The translations under genes were made by a program, and so were the position numbers. Source: Mycobacteriales bacterium (GTDB lineage: Bacteria; Actinomycetota; Actinomycetes; Mycobacteriales; QHCD01). From it: a stretch of DNA of 63,987 bases. Each line of letters starts with the position of its first letter. The stretch's first letter is position 1. A model generated the notes under the pieces. That model ran no database searches, was not told the DNA's origin, and saw only the letters and a list, made by a program, of their open reading frames with translations. Where the stretch lies: NCBI GenBank assembly GCA_038253135.1, contig JBBSHJ010000005.1:1-63987 (forward strand), given 5' to 3'. Shown here piece after piece: positions 48,765 through 57,930 of this stretch.

Positions 48765-48945
48765 CGGTACCGGTACGGCGCTTGCCGCACCGGCGGTGCT
48801 GGGCGGTGAGGTGGGACTGGGGTGGGGGAGATGCTGCGCCGGTTCCGGTACGGCGCTTCCCCCACCGGCGGTGCAGGGCATGGGTGGTGGGGACTGGGGT
48901 GGGGGAGATCCTGTGCCGGTTCCGGTACGGCGCTTCCCCCGCCGG
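48765..48945. repeat. Tandem repeat, 75-77 bp unit, ~2.4 copies, G-rich on the plus strand
   Basis: Copies start at 48765, 48840 and 48917 (cggtWccggtacggcgcttSccSc.ccggcggtgc.gggc..ggtg.ggggactggggtgggggagat.ctg.gc). The third copy is truncated after ~29 nt. Confidence 0.95.
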
Positions 48946-48967
48946 CCGCGCGAGGATCGGGCGCATC

Positions 48968-49308
48968 GTGATCGACTGCTTCGGCCCCGCGCGCTCGCCG
49001 GCTTCTTGGTCGAGCTCCTCGACATGGATCGCCGGGAGCTGGACACGCCAGAACGAGTGGGCATCTCGCGCGAGGGCGCCGCGCTTTCGCCGCTGAACCT
49101 TTGCGCACGCTCAGTTTCCGCGCCGCGCTGGCCCGACCCGGCGTACCCGCCGCAGATCCATCTGGACCTCTACGTCGACGATGCACGGGGAGCGCAGGCG
49201 CTCGCCCTGCGGCTCGGAACGATTCGGCTGCCTGACCTGGGCGGGAGCTGCCCGGTGTACGCCGACCCGGCCGGCCACCCGCTCTGCCTGTGCTCCGAGG
49301 GGCGGTAG
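48968..49308 (+). pseudogene. VOC (glyoxalase/bleomycin-resistance fold) family gene with a 1-nt frame break near its 5' end
   Basis: ..RIVIDCFGPAR (frame of ORF 48782..49096) continues as LAGFLVELLDMD...PPQIHLDLYVDDARGAQALALRLG...VYADPAGHPLCLC (frame of ORF 48358..49308). The break lies at ~48988..48996. Confidence 0.55.
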
Positions 49309-49424
49309 CCGCGCTCCCGCTCCGGCGCCCGATCCGTCGCTCTCCCGCTCGGCGATCGACGCGGCTGGCAGTGACGGTGTGGCCGTGCGGACAGCTGGGC
49401 CCGTGCCCTGGATAGAGTCGGTAG

Positions 49425-49619
49425 GTGCGGCTGACGGAGTTCTGGCGACTCGTGCATGAGGAGTTCGGCGAGATGCGGGGCGATTCGCTCGCCCGGGACC
49501 AGGTCTTCAGCTCGTTGCAGGGCCGATCCGCGCGCGAGGCGCTGGAGGCCGGGACGGAGCCCAAGGTGGTCTGGCTGGCGATCTGCGACGCGTACGACGT
49601 ACCGGTCAAGCGCCGCTGA
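49425..49619 (+). CDS. DUF3046 domain protein (conserved actinobacterial gene upstream of recA)
   Basis: 64 aa. [60 protein letters not shown]. Confidence 0.8.
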   Translation: MRLTEFWRLVHEEFGEMRGDSLARDQVFSSLQGRSAREALEAGTEPKVVWLAICDAYDVPVKRR

Positions 49620-49671
49620 CCCCCGCTCGGCTCGTCGCTCGACACGCCGTACCACGACCGAATGCCCATGG

Positions 49672-49687
49672 TCGAACACGTGTTCGT
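49672..49687. promoter_or_regulatory. LexA operator (actinobacterial SOS box)
   Basis: TCGAACacgtGTTCGt matches the TCGAAC-N4-GTTCGA consensus at 11 of 12 positions, ~135 nt upstream of the recA ATG. Confidence 0.75.
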
Positions 49688-49822
49688 TACGGTGGACGAG
49701 TACCAGGGATATCCACAGCTTCGGCGCGCTGTGCCGGCGATGTCGGTGCCCCGGTTTACGTTCTTCCCAAGACCGAGAGCCATCCGCAGCCGGTTACTCC
49801 GGAGCGACGAGAGGTGATACCG

Positions 49823-52180
49823 ATGCCAGGTTTCGATCGCGACAAGGCGCTCGACGTTGCACTCGCTCAGATCGAGAAGCAGTACGGCCGCGGTTCGGTT
49901 ATGCGTCTCGGAGACGAGCCGCGGGCACCGATCGGGGTCATCCCGACCGGGTCGATCGCGCTGGACGCGGCGCTCGGGATCGGCGGGCTGCCCCGCGGTC
50001 GGGTCGTGGAGGTCTACGGCCCTGAGTCGTCCGGCAAGACCACGGTCGCGCTGCACGCCGTGGCCAGTGCCCAGGCGGCCGGCGGGATCGCGGCTTTCAT
50101 CGACGCGGAGCACGCACTCGATCCGGAGTATGCGAAGGCGCTCGGCGTCGACACCGACGCGTTGCTGGTCTCGCAGCCCGACACCGGCGAGCAGGCCCTC
50201 GAGATCGCCGACATGCTGGTGCGCTCGGGCGCGCTCGACATCGTCGTGATCGACTCCGTCGCAGCATTGGTGCCGCGGGCAGAGATCGAGGGCGAGATGG
50301 GTGACTCGCACGTCGGCCTGCAGGCCCGGCTGATGAGCCAGGCCCTACGCAAGATGACCGGCGCGCTCAACAATTCCAACACCACGATGATCTTCATCAA
50401 CCAGTTGCGGGAAAAAATCGGCGTCATGTTCGGTTCTCCTGAGACGACGACGGGTGGGCGGGCGCTGAAGTTCTACTCGTCGGTGCGGCTGGATGTCCGG
50501 CGGATCGAGACGCTCAAGGACGGCTCCGACGCGGTCGCCAACCGCACCCGGGTCAAGGTCGTGAAGAACAAATGCCTCGCGGCGGGGACGATGATCTTCG
50601 ATCCGATTTCCGGCGTGACGCATCGCGTCGAGGACATCGTCGACGGGCGGCTGCCCGTGCACGTTGTGGCTGCCGCAAAGGACGGGACGCTGCACCCGCG
50701 GCCTGTGATTTCCTGGTTCGACCAGGGTGAGCAGGAGGTGGTGGGCCTGCGGCTGACCGGCGGTGCGACGATTCGGGTGACACCCGACCACAAGGTGCTC
50801 ACCGATCGGGGTTGGCGACTCGCGGGAGAGATCGGTGCCGGTGATCTGGTCGCGCAGCCTCGCCGGTACGCCGGATTCGGCCAGCACGAGCCGATCGCTC
50901 CGTCCCATGCCCGCTTGCTCGGCTACCTCGTCGGTGACGGTTATGTCGATGGCAAGACGCCGATCCAGCTCATCAATACCTCGTCGGCCCTGCATGCTGA
51001 CGCCGCGGCGATCGCGGAGAGCTTGGGCTGCGACGCACACGCGAGGGACGACGGGATTACGGTCTCGCTCTCACATCGGCCGAGCGAACAGAATCAGCTC
51101 CTTGACCTGTGCCGTAAGGCCGGCATCTACGGCAAGCTGGCCTGGCAGAAGTCGCTGCCGGCCTACCTATTCGACCCGGAGGTGTCGGCTCGCGTCGTCG
51201 CCAATGTGCTTTTCGGGTTGCTCGAGACCGGCGGCCGGGTCAGCCGAGAGCAAACCGGTGCGATCAGGGTCGGCCACACATCGACTTCAGAGCAGCTTGC
51301 CCGGCAGATGCATTGGCTGCTACTTCGCTTCGGGATCGGCAGCTCAGTACGACGATACGACTCCGCAAGCCGCCGCCCGAGCATCATCAAGGGCCGCCGC
51401 GTTCAGGGTCGCCATCCGGTTTGGGAGGTCCGGGTCGCTGGAAGCGACAACGTCGAGGCGCTCGCAGCGATCATGCCGGTCGATTTCGGCCCGCGCACCA
51501 CGGCGTTGCGCGAGGCGCTCGCCACTGACTCGCGGCATCGCCGACGCGGATCGCAGCGGGTCTATCTTTCGACGCAGTGCTTCGAGGCGGTGCTCTCGCA
51601 TCTGCAGATGCGTGGCGTGACGGCTCGCGAGGCGGCGGACATGATTGGTGAGATCAGCGGAGAGCCGCGGGGCGGGCTCCGTCAGGTCCTCGGCGGTCCG
51701 AGGTTGCGGCGTGATCGATTGGCGCCGCTTGCGGACGCGCTCGATGACGCGTTCCTGCGCGAAATCCTCGGTGAGGAACTCGTTTACAGCCGTGTTCGAG
51801 AAGTCCTTCCGCTACAGCGTTGCCGCACCTTCGACGTCGAGGTTGATGAGCTTCACACGCTGGTTGCCGACGACATAGTCGTGCACAACTGCGCGCCCCC
51901 GTTCAAACAAGCGGAGTTCGACATCGTTTATGGACAGGGTATTAGCCGCGAGGGCTCTCTGCTCGACGTCGGTGTGGAGCAGTCCATCGTCCGCAAGTCC
52001 GGCGCTTGGTATACCTACGAGGGCGACCAGCTCGGTCAGGGCAAGGAAAACTCGCGCAGCTTCCTCCGCGACAACCCCGATCTCGCCGACGAGATCGAGA
52101 AGAAGATCAAGGAGAAGATGGGCATCATCCCGCGGGTGGATGCCGAGGCCGAGCCGGCGCCGGCACCCGTCGACTTCTAG
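49823..52180 (+). CDS. recA: Recombinase RecA precursor containing an intein
   Basis: ORF 49814..52180. ATG 49823 follows a GAGGTGA RBS. Exteins: ...GPESSGKTT (Walker A)...[10 protein letters not shown] | ...| [22 protein letters not shown]... They sum to ~346-349 aa. Confidence 0.95.
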   Translation: MPGFDRDKALDVALAQIEKQYGRGSVMRLGDEPRAPIGVIPTGSIALDAALGIGGLPRGRVVEVYGPESSGKTTVALHAVASAQAAGGIAAFIDAEHALDPEYAKALGVDTDALLVSQPDTGEQALEIADMLVRSGALDIVVIDSVAALVPRAEIEGEMGDSHVGLQARLMSQALRKMTGALNNSNTTMIFINQLREKIGVMFGSPETTTGGRALKFYSSVRLDVRRIETLKDGSDAVANRTRVKVVKNKCLAAGTMIFDPISGVTHRVEDIVDGRLPVHVVAAAKDGTLHPRPVISWFDQGEQEVVGLRLTGGATIRVTPDHKVLTDRGWRLAGEIGAGDLVAQPRRYAGFGQHEPIAPSHARLLGYLVGDGYVDGKTPIQLINTSSALHADAAAIAESLGCDAHARDDGITVSLSHRPSEQNQLLDLCRKAGIYGKLAWQKSLPAYLFDPEVSARVVANVLFGLLETGGRVSREQTGAIRVGHTSTSEQLARQMHWLLLRFGIGSSVRRYDSASRRPSIIKGRRVQGRHPVWEVRVAGSDNVEALAAIMPVDFGPRTTALREALATDSRHRRRGSQRVYLSTQCFEAVLSHLQMRGVTAREAADMIGEISGEPRGGLRQVLGGPRLRRDRLAPLADALDDAFLREILGEELVYSRVREVLPLQRCRTFDVEVDELHTLVADDIVVHNCAPPFKQAEFDIVYGQGISREGSLLDVGVEQSIVRKSGAWYTYEGDQLGQGKENSRSFLRDNPDLADEIEKKIKEKMGIIPRVDAEAEPAPAPVDF
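50573..51889 (+). mobile_element. RecA intein (439 aa) with LAGLIDADG homing-endonuclease domain
   Basis: Starts with Cys ([11 protein letters not shown]..), block B TPDHKVLT, and ends ..IVVHN followed by the +1 Cys. Two dodecapeptide motifs, [10 protein letters not shown] and [12 protein letters not shown]. No internal stops. Confidence 0.9.
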
Positions 52181-52196
52181 CGGTCGACGGTCCCAG

Positions 52197-52793
52197 ATGT
52201 CGCCGGCACCGGGCCCGCGTCGCGAGGCTCACCCGCTACCGCGGCGAGGGCCCGGCGCCGGCGATCCGTCCGACAACACGGCGCCCGGACATCCGGAGGA
52301 TCCGCTGGGCGATCCGGAGTCGGTCGCGCGCACGGCGTGCCTGAAGCTGCTCCAGCAGGCGCCACGGACCCGATCACAGCTCGCGACCAAACTCTCCGAT
52401 CGCGGCGTGCCGGCCGAGGTGGCCCAGCGCGTTCTCGACCGGTTCACCGAGGTCGGACTGATCGACGACGCGTCCTTCGCGCGGGCGTGGGTGGATTCGC
52501 GACAACGCACCCGGGGCCTGGCATCCCGCGCGCTTGCCGGGGAGCTGCGTCGCAGGGGGGTGGACCGCGAGACGGTCGAGCAGGCATTGGCGCAGGTCAA
52601 TCCCGACCGCGAGGAGGACACCGCGCGTGATCTCGTGCGCCGCAAGCTGCGTGCGACCGCCCGGCTCGACGACAAGGCACGCGCCCGGCGGCTGCTCGGC
52701 CTGCTGGCGCGCAAGGGCTACTCGGCCGACCTGGCCGGCCGGGTCGTCCGGTCCGAGCTGGCCGACGACGAGTCGGCGCTGGCCGAGGAGTAA
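52197..52793 (+). CDS. recX: Recombination regulator RecX
   Basis: ATG 52197 inside ORF 51930..52793. ...ESVARTACLKLLQQAPRTRSQLATKLSDRGVPAEVAQRVLDRFTEVGLIDDASFARAWVDSR... three-repeat helical RecX pattern. Confidence 0.88.
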   Translation: MSPAPGPRREAHPLPRRGPGAGDPSDNTAPGHPEDPLGDPESVARTACLKLLQQAPRTRSQLATKLSDRGVPAEVAQRVLDRFTEVGLIDDASFARAWVDSRQRTRGLASRALAGELRRRGVDRETVEQALAQVNPDREEDTARDLVRRKLRATARLDDKARARRLLGLLARKGYSADLAGRVVRSELADDESALAEE

Positions 52794-52802
52794 CACCCCG
52801 GG

Positions 52803-52832
52803 CCGGCGGGACACCCGTGCATCTCCTGCCGG
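52803..52832 (+). terminator. Imperfect stem-loop just after recX
   Basis: CCGGCGGGA-(12 nt)-TCCTGCCGG (8 of 9 pairs), beginning 10 nt after the stop. No U-tract. Confidence 0.25.
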
Positions 52833-53088
52833 TCACCTGCGATTCGGCCCGGCTTGACCAGGGGTTCAGGGCATACCTTAGCCTCGGTAAGTTCCAGCGC
52901 ATATCCGCACGGCGCCGAGCATCCGGCGCGGTGGCTGACATACACCGACCGCTACCGGGCGGTCAGGGCGCCGTCCAGGCGGGGTTCGGCGTGATGGTGA
53001 CCCCGTCGGGTCGTGCCGGCCGTGCGCCACGCCAGGCCGGGTTGCGCTGGATCGCGGTATTCGGCTCGCCACAACCGAGGAGGTGCTC

Positions 53089-54960
53089 ATGTCGACATTC
53101 CTCGGGGTGGTCGTGATCGTGTTGCTGGTCGGGGTGCTCGCGGCCCTGATCGTCCTGTTGCGCGGACGAGCGATCCCACCAGCCGGCCGATCACCCGGAC
53201 GGCAGCCCACCGAGCTGCCGCTGGCGTCCTCGGCCGCCGCCGGGGGCCCGCCGGTCCCGCCCACCGACCCGCTCGGCGAGGACCACGATGGCGCCGGGGG
53301 CGACGTTTCCGGATCGCTCGAGGAGCAGCGGCCACGGACGCTGGCCGAGCTGGAGCGGCTCCGGCGCTCGGTCATCGACGATCTCGCCGCCCAGGGTGCG
53401 CAGGCGGAGCGAGCGGCCATGTCGGTCACCGCGGAGGCCGACAACCTCGCCGGCATCACCCGGCGGGCCGCCGAAGCGGAGGCAGCGGCCACCCGACGCG
53501 CCGCGGCGAAGGAGCGCGAGGACGCCCGCACCGCCCTGGCCGCGGAAGCCGAGCGCACCCGCCGGCAGGCCGAGTCGGAAGCCTCGGCGATCCTGCTCGA
53601 AGGGCGCCGGCAGGCCGCCCGCGAGATCGCCTCGCTGACCGAGAACGCCCGCTCGGTGTCTGCCGACGCCGAGCGCCGTGACCGCCGGGCCGCCGAGCGG
53701 GAGGAGCGGGCCGAGGAGCTGCTGCACGGGCTGAGCGCGCGCGAGGAGTCGATCGCCGAGTCCGAGCGCGACGTCGCCGGCCGCGAGGACGATCTCGCCG
53801 CCCGGACCTACGAGCACGAGCAGGCGCTCGAGCGGGTCGCGGGCCTGACCGCGGCCGACGCCAAGGCGGAGCTGATCGCCGAGCTGGAGGACGAGGTACG
53901 CCGTGAGGGTGCCATCGTCGTACGCGATGCGGAGGCCGAGGCCCAGGCGACCGCGCAGGCGCGGGCCCGCAACATCGTGGCCGACGCGATCCAGCGGGTC
54001 GCCAGCGACCAGACCGCGGAGACCGTGGTCAGCGTCATGCACCTGCCCGGCGACGAGCTCAAGGGCCGCATCATCGGCCGCGAGGGCCGCAACATCAGGG
54101 CGTTCGAGTCGGTCACCGGCGTCAACCTCATCATCGACGACACCCCCGAGGCGGTGCTGCTGTCCTGCTTCGATCCGGTACGCCGCGAAGTCGGCCGGTT
54201 GACGCTGGAGAAGCTGCTCGAGGATGGCCGGATCCACCCGCAGCGGATCGAGGAACTCTACGAGCAAAGCGTCGAGGAGATCGATGCGATCTGCCGGCGT
54301 GCCGGACACGACGCAGTCCTCGAGGTCGGCATCGGTGACCTGCAGCCGGCCATGGTCGAAACCCTCGGCCGGTTGAAGTACCGCACGTCGTACGGGCAGA
54401 ACGTGCTCGCGCACCTGGTCGAGTGCGCGCACATCGCCGGCGTCATGGCGGCCGAGCTCGGCATCGATCCCAAGCTCCTCAAGCGCGGCGCCTTCCTGCA
54501 CGACATCGGCAAGGCGTTCACGCACGAGGTGCAGGGCAGTCACGCCATCATCGGCGCGGCATTCGCCCGCAAGCACGGCGAGCACGAGGACGTCGTACAC
54601 GCCATCGAGGCCCACCACAACGAGGTCACCCCCCAGACCATGGAGGCGGTGCTGACCCAGGCCTGCGACGCCTGCTCAGGCGGGCGTCCCGGTGCGCGGC
54701 GAGAGAGCCTGGAGGCCTACGTCAAGCGGCTCGAGCGGATCGAGGAGATCGCGTCGCTGCGGCCCGGTGTCGACCGCGTCTTCGCGATGCAGGCCGGCCG
54801 GGAGGTGCGGGTCATGGTCTCGCCGGACCGGGTCGACGACGTCGAGGCGTCCCTGCTGGCCCGGGACGTGGCGAAACAGATCGAGACCGAGCTCACCTAT
54901 CCCGGCCAGATCCGTGTCACCGTTGTGCGGGAGTCGAGGGCGACCGAGATCGCGCACTGA
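53089..54960 (+). CDS. rny: Ribonuclease Y
   Basis: ATG 53089 after a GAGGAGG RBS. N-terminal TM FLGVVVIVLLVGVLAALIVLL, a long coiled coil, the KH domain GRIIGREGRNIRAFE, and the HD domain FLHDIGKAF..HAIEAHH. Confidence 0.92.
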   Translation: MSTFLGVVVIVLLVGVLAALIVLLRGRAIPPAGRSPGRQPTELPLASSAAAGGPPVPPTDPLGEDHDGAGGDVSGSLEEQRPRTLAELERLRRSVIDDLAAQGAQAERAAMSVTAEADNLAGITRRAAEAEAAATRRAAAKEREDARTALAAEAERTRRQAESEASAILLEGRRQAAREIASLTENARSVSADAERRDRRAAEREERAEELLHGLSAREESIAESERDVAGREDDLAARTYEHEQALERVAGLTAADAKAELIAELEDEVRREGAIVVRDAEAEAQATAQARARNIVADAIQRVASDQTAETVVSVMHLPGDELKGRIIGREGRNIRAFESVTGVNLIIDDTPEAVLLSCFDPVRREVGRLTLEKLLEDGRIHPQRIEELYEQSVEEIDAICRRAGHDAVLEVGIGDLQPAMVETLGRLKYRTSYGQNVLAHLVECAHIAGVMAAELGIDPKLLKRGAFLHDIGKAFTHEVQGSHAIIGAAFARKHGEHEDVVHAIEAHHNEVTPQTMEAVLTQACDACSGGRPGARRESLEAYVKRLERIEEIASLRPGVDRVFAMQAGREVRVMVSPDRVDDVEASLLARDVAKQIETELTYPGQIRVTVVRESRATEIAH

Positions 54961-55004
54961 ACGGGGCAACGGCGCGGCCCACGCCGCGGGAAAGCTGAGG
55001 ATCG

Positions 55005-55685
55005 ATGGCCGTCACCGACGACGCGATCGTGGCGATCAAGGCGATGATCGTGTCGGGTGAGCTGCACCCGGGGGACCGGTTGCCCAACGAGGTCGACCTC
55101 GCCACGCGGATCGGGGTGTCCCGCAACTCGCTGCGCGAGGCGGTGCGGGCACTCACGCTGCTGCGGATCCTCGACCCACGCCAGGGCGTGGGCACCTACG
55201 TCACCAGCCTCGAGCCCGGGGTGCTGCTGGAAACGCTGTCGTTCGTGGTCGACCTGCACCGCGGCGACCGCGCTCCGCAGCTGCTGGAGATCCGCCGCAT
55301 TCTCGAGCCGGCCGCCACCGCGATGGCCGCGCGGGCGATCGACCGCGACCGGCTCGCCGGGCTGCATCAAACGATGCTGCGGGTCGAGGCCGCCGCGCAG
55401 ATCGAGGAGCTCGTCGCGGCGGACTCGGCCTTTCATCATGAGATCGCCGAGGCCGCCGGCAACCCGGCGATGGTCGCGATCCTCGACAACCTCGTCAGCG
55501 CCATTGCCCGGGCGCGGATCTGGCGGGGGATCACCGAGTCCGGAGCGACCGCACGCACCCTGACCGAGCACCGGGCCATCTACGACGCGCTCGCCGCCGG
55601 GCACTACGCGATCGCACACGCCGCCGCGGCGGCCCATGTCGGCGGCGTCGAGCTCTGGCTGCGCCAGGCGGCGGCGACGCAGTGA
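55005..55685 (+). CDS. GntR family transcriptional regulator, FadR subfamily (FCD domain)
   Basis: 226 aa. wHTH GDRLPNEVDLATRIGVSRNSLREAVRAL, then the helical FCD domain (...LEIRRILEPAATAMAA...FHHEIAEAAGNP...). Confidence 0.85.
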   Translation: MAVTDDAIVAIKAMIVSGELHPGDRLPNEVDLATRIGVSRNSLREAVRALTLLRILDPRQGVGTYVTSLEPGVLLETLSFVVDLHRGDRAPQLLEIRRILEPAATAMAARAIDRDRLAGLHQTMLRVEAAAQIEELVAADSAFHHEIAEAAGNPAMVAILDNLVSAIARARIWRGITESGATARTLTEHRAIYDALAAGHYAIAHAAAAAHVGGVELWLRQAAATQ

Positions 55686-56194
55686 TGACGCCGAGCGGTG
55701 ATTGCCTCGTCGTGCTCGGGACGAAGGTGCTCCGCGACGGCCGGCCGAGCCGTCGGCTGCGGGAGCGACTTGACCTGGCGCTTCGGCTGCACGGCACCGC
55801 CGCGATCGCACCGATCATCGTGACCGGGGCGGCGGTGACGAGGGAGGTGCCCGAGGGTGAGTCGGGCCGGCGCTACCTGATGAGCGCCGGCGTGCCAGAC
55901 GACGACATCATTGCCGAGACCCGAGCTCGCACGACGCCGGACAACGCCCTTTACACCGCCGAGATCGCGCAGCGGCTCGGGCTGAGCCACCCCATCATCG
56001 TCACGTCGCGGTCCCACCGACGAAGGTCGGAGGAGATTTTCCGGCACTACTTCGACACCGTCGCGATGGCGACGCCGAAGCTCACCCCGGTCTCGCTTCT
56101 GCGCGACATCCCCGCCCACCTGTTCGAATGGCGGCTGCGGGCCCGCCGCCGACGCGGACCTGACCCCCGGCTGGAGCGCCGTCCCGCGAGCTAG
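55682..56194 (+). CDS. YdcF family protein (DUF218)
   Basis: 170 aa. ...LVVLGTKVLRDGRPSRRLRERLDLALRL...IIVTG... Start overlaps the GntR stop. Confidence 0.7.
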   Translation: MMTPSGDCLVVLGTKVLRDGRPSRRLRERLDLALRLHGTAAIAPIIVTGAAVTREVPEGESGRRYLMSAGVPDDDIIAETRARTTPDNALYTAEIAQRLGLSHPIIVTSRSHRRRSEEIFRHYFDTVAMATPKLTPVSLLRDIPAHLFEWRLRARRRRGPDPRLERRPAS

Positions 56195-57147
56195 CCCGGC
56201 CGTTGATCCTGTCCGTCGCGGACCGTCCGGAACCCGAGGTTGCCGGTCGAGCTGTCCGGCGTGTTGGAGCTGCGGGCCGCGACGCGGTAGCGGTTGCAGT
56301 AGGAGTCGTGGCAGAGGTAGGACCCGCCACGCATGACCCGCGCGTCCCCGCCCGCCGGCCCGACGGGGTTGTCCGCGGGCCCGGCGTGCTCGACGCCCCA
56401 CCAGTCGCTGCACCATTCCCAGACGTTGCCGACCACGTTGAAGAGCCCGAAGGCGTTCGGGCGGTAGGCCTTCACCGGCGCCGTACCGACGTAGCCGTCG
56501 TCGGCCGTGTTGCGAGTCGGGAACGTGCCCTGCCAGATGTTGCAGCGGTGCACGCCCCGCGGGGTCAGCTCGTCGCCCCACGGGTAGCGGGCCTGATCGA
56601 GGCCGCCACGGGCGGCGTGCTCCCACTCCGCCTCGGTGGGCAGCCGGGTGCCCGACCAGGCGCAGTACGCCGTCGCGTCGGCCCACGACACGTGCACCAC
56701 GGGGTGGTTGGCCCGCCGCGCGAGGGACGAGCCCGCGCCTTCGGGCGCCCGCCAGGTCGCGTCACGGACGGCGAGCCACCACGGCGTACCGGCGACGGTG
56801 CCGGGGTAGACGCTGGCGCGGGCCTGGTCGACGAACGCGTGAAAGACGAAGGACCAGCCGAAGCGTTCCGCGTCGGGCAGGTAGCCGCTCGCGCGGACGA
56901 ACGTCCCGAACTGCGCGTTGGTCACCGCCGTCGGGTCGATCGAGAACGGCCGCACGGTCACGTCGCGCACCGGACCTTCGCCGTCGGCCGCAAAGCCCTC
57001 GGCGTCCTCGGTGCCCATCCGGAACGTCCCGCCCGGCAGGGCGATCATCGACCGCTTGGGCGCCGCCGCGCCGGCGGCGATTCTGGAGTCGTGGCCGGCC
57101 GGTACGTCGTCGCGCGCCGGCCGTCCGGGCGCGCAGCAGGACGCCAT
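56191..57147 (-). CDS. Formylglycine-generating enzyme family protein (SUMF1/EgtB/PvdO fold)
   Basis: 318 aa. ...LPGGTFRMGTEDAEG...HPVVHVSWADATAYCAW...GNVWEWCSDWW...VMRGGSYLCH. Confidence 0.85.
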   Translation of the reverse strand: MASCCAPGRPARDDVPAGHDSRIAAGAAAPKRSMIALPGGTFRMGTEDAEGFAADGEGPVRDVTVRPFSIDPTAVTNAQFGTFVRASGYLPDAERFGWSFVFHAFVDQARASVYPGTVAGTPWWLAVRDATWRAPEGAGSSLARRANHPVVHVSWADATAYCAWSGTRLPTEAEWEHAARGGLDQARYPWGDELTPRGVHRCNIWQGTFPTRNTADDGYVGTAPVKAYRPNAFGLFNVVGNVWEWCSDWWGVEHAGPADNPVGPAGGDARVMRGGSYLCHDSYCNRYRVAARSSNTPDSSTGNLGFRTVRDGQDQRPG

Positions 57148-57930
57148 CTATGCCGGAGCGGGCCGCAGCCGCAGGGTGTCCATGCCGCCGTCGACGCCGA
57201 GCGCGGTGCCGGTCGTCGACGCGGCCAGCGGGCTGGCCAGGTAGCAGATCGCGGTGGCCACCTCCTCGGCGCTGACCAGCCGGCCCATCGGCTGGCGGGC
57301 GTTGAGGGCGGCCCGCTCGGTCTCGGGATCGTCGGCCGCGGCGAGGAGGCGCCCCACCCACGGCGTGTCCGCGGTGCCGGGGTTGACGCAGTTCACCCGG
57401 ATGCCCTCACGGACGTGGTCGGCGGCCATCGCGAGGGTCAACGCGTGGACCGCGCCCTTGGAGGCCGAGTAGAGCGCGCGCTGTGGCAGCCCGGCGGTCG
57501 CGGCGATCGAGCAGGTGTTGACGACGGCGGCGTGATCGGACTCCCGCAGGGCCGGCAGGCAGGCGCGCGCGACCCGCACCATGCCGAGCACGTTGACGTC
57601 GAAGACGTGCCGCCATTCCTCGTCGTCGTTGTCGGCTATGGTGCCGGCCGCGCCGATGCCGGCGTTGTTGATCAGGATGTCGAGCCCGCCGAGCCCGCCG
57701 ATCGCCGCCTCGACGGCGCGGCATACCGAGCCGTCGTCGGTGACGTCGGCCCGGAGCCGGACGGCCGCGCCGGCCGCTCCGGACGGGTCGACATCGAGCA
57801 CGGCCACGCTCGCACCGCGGGCGGTGAGCTGTTCGGCCGTGGCGAGCCCGATGCCGGATCCACCGCCCGTCACCAGCGCCCGGAGGCCGTCGAAGTCACC
57901 TGGCGTCACAGCCGTCCTTCCGATCGCCAC
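57148..57930 (-). CDS. SDR family oxidoreductase (position and family fit a 2-keto-3-deoxy-L-fuconate dehydrogenase)
   Basis: ALVTGGGSGIGLA (TGxxxGxG) and YSASKGA (YxxxK). Start is either 57930 or GTG 57909. The specific substrate is inferred from context only. Confidence 0.8.
   Translation of the reverse strand: MAIGRTAVTPGDFDGLRALVTGGGSGIGLATAEQLTARGASVAVLDVDPSGAAGAAVRLRADVTDDGSVCRAVEAAIGGLGGLDILINNAGIGAAGTIADNDDEEWRHVFDVNVLGMVRVARACLPALRESDHAAVVNTCSIAATAGLPQRALYSASKGAVHALTLAMAADHVREGIRVNCVNPGTADTPWVGRLLAAADDPETERAALNARQPMGRLVSAEEVATAICYLASPLAASTTGTALGVDGGMDTLRLRPAPA

Noticed and set aside
48679-48966. N-terminal ~95-codon extension of the lhr ORF.
   Set aside because: It is just the translation of the 75-77-bp tandem DNA repeat (repetitive RRxGKRRTGT peptides). 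Conserved Lhr sequence begins only after GTG 48678/48663.
43408-50311. Very long ORFs overlapping lhr and recA on other frames or strands (for example 43408..46002 +, 46117..48270 +, 46952..50311 -).
   Set aside because: Their translations are Arg/Pro/Gly/Ala-rich with no motifs, and they lie antisense or out of frame to genes with unmistakable helicase and RecA motifs. This is a typical high-GC artefact.
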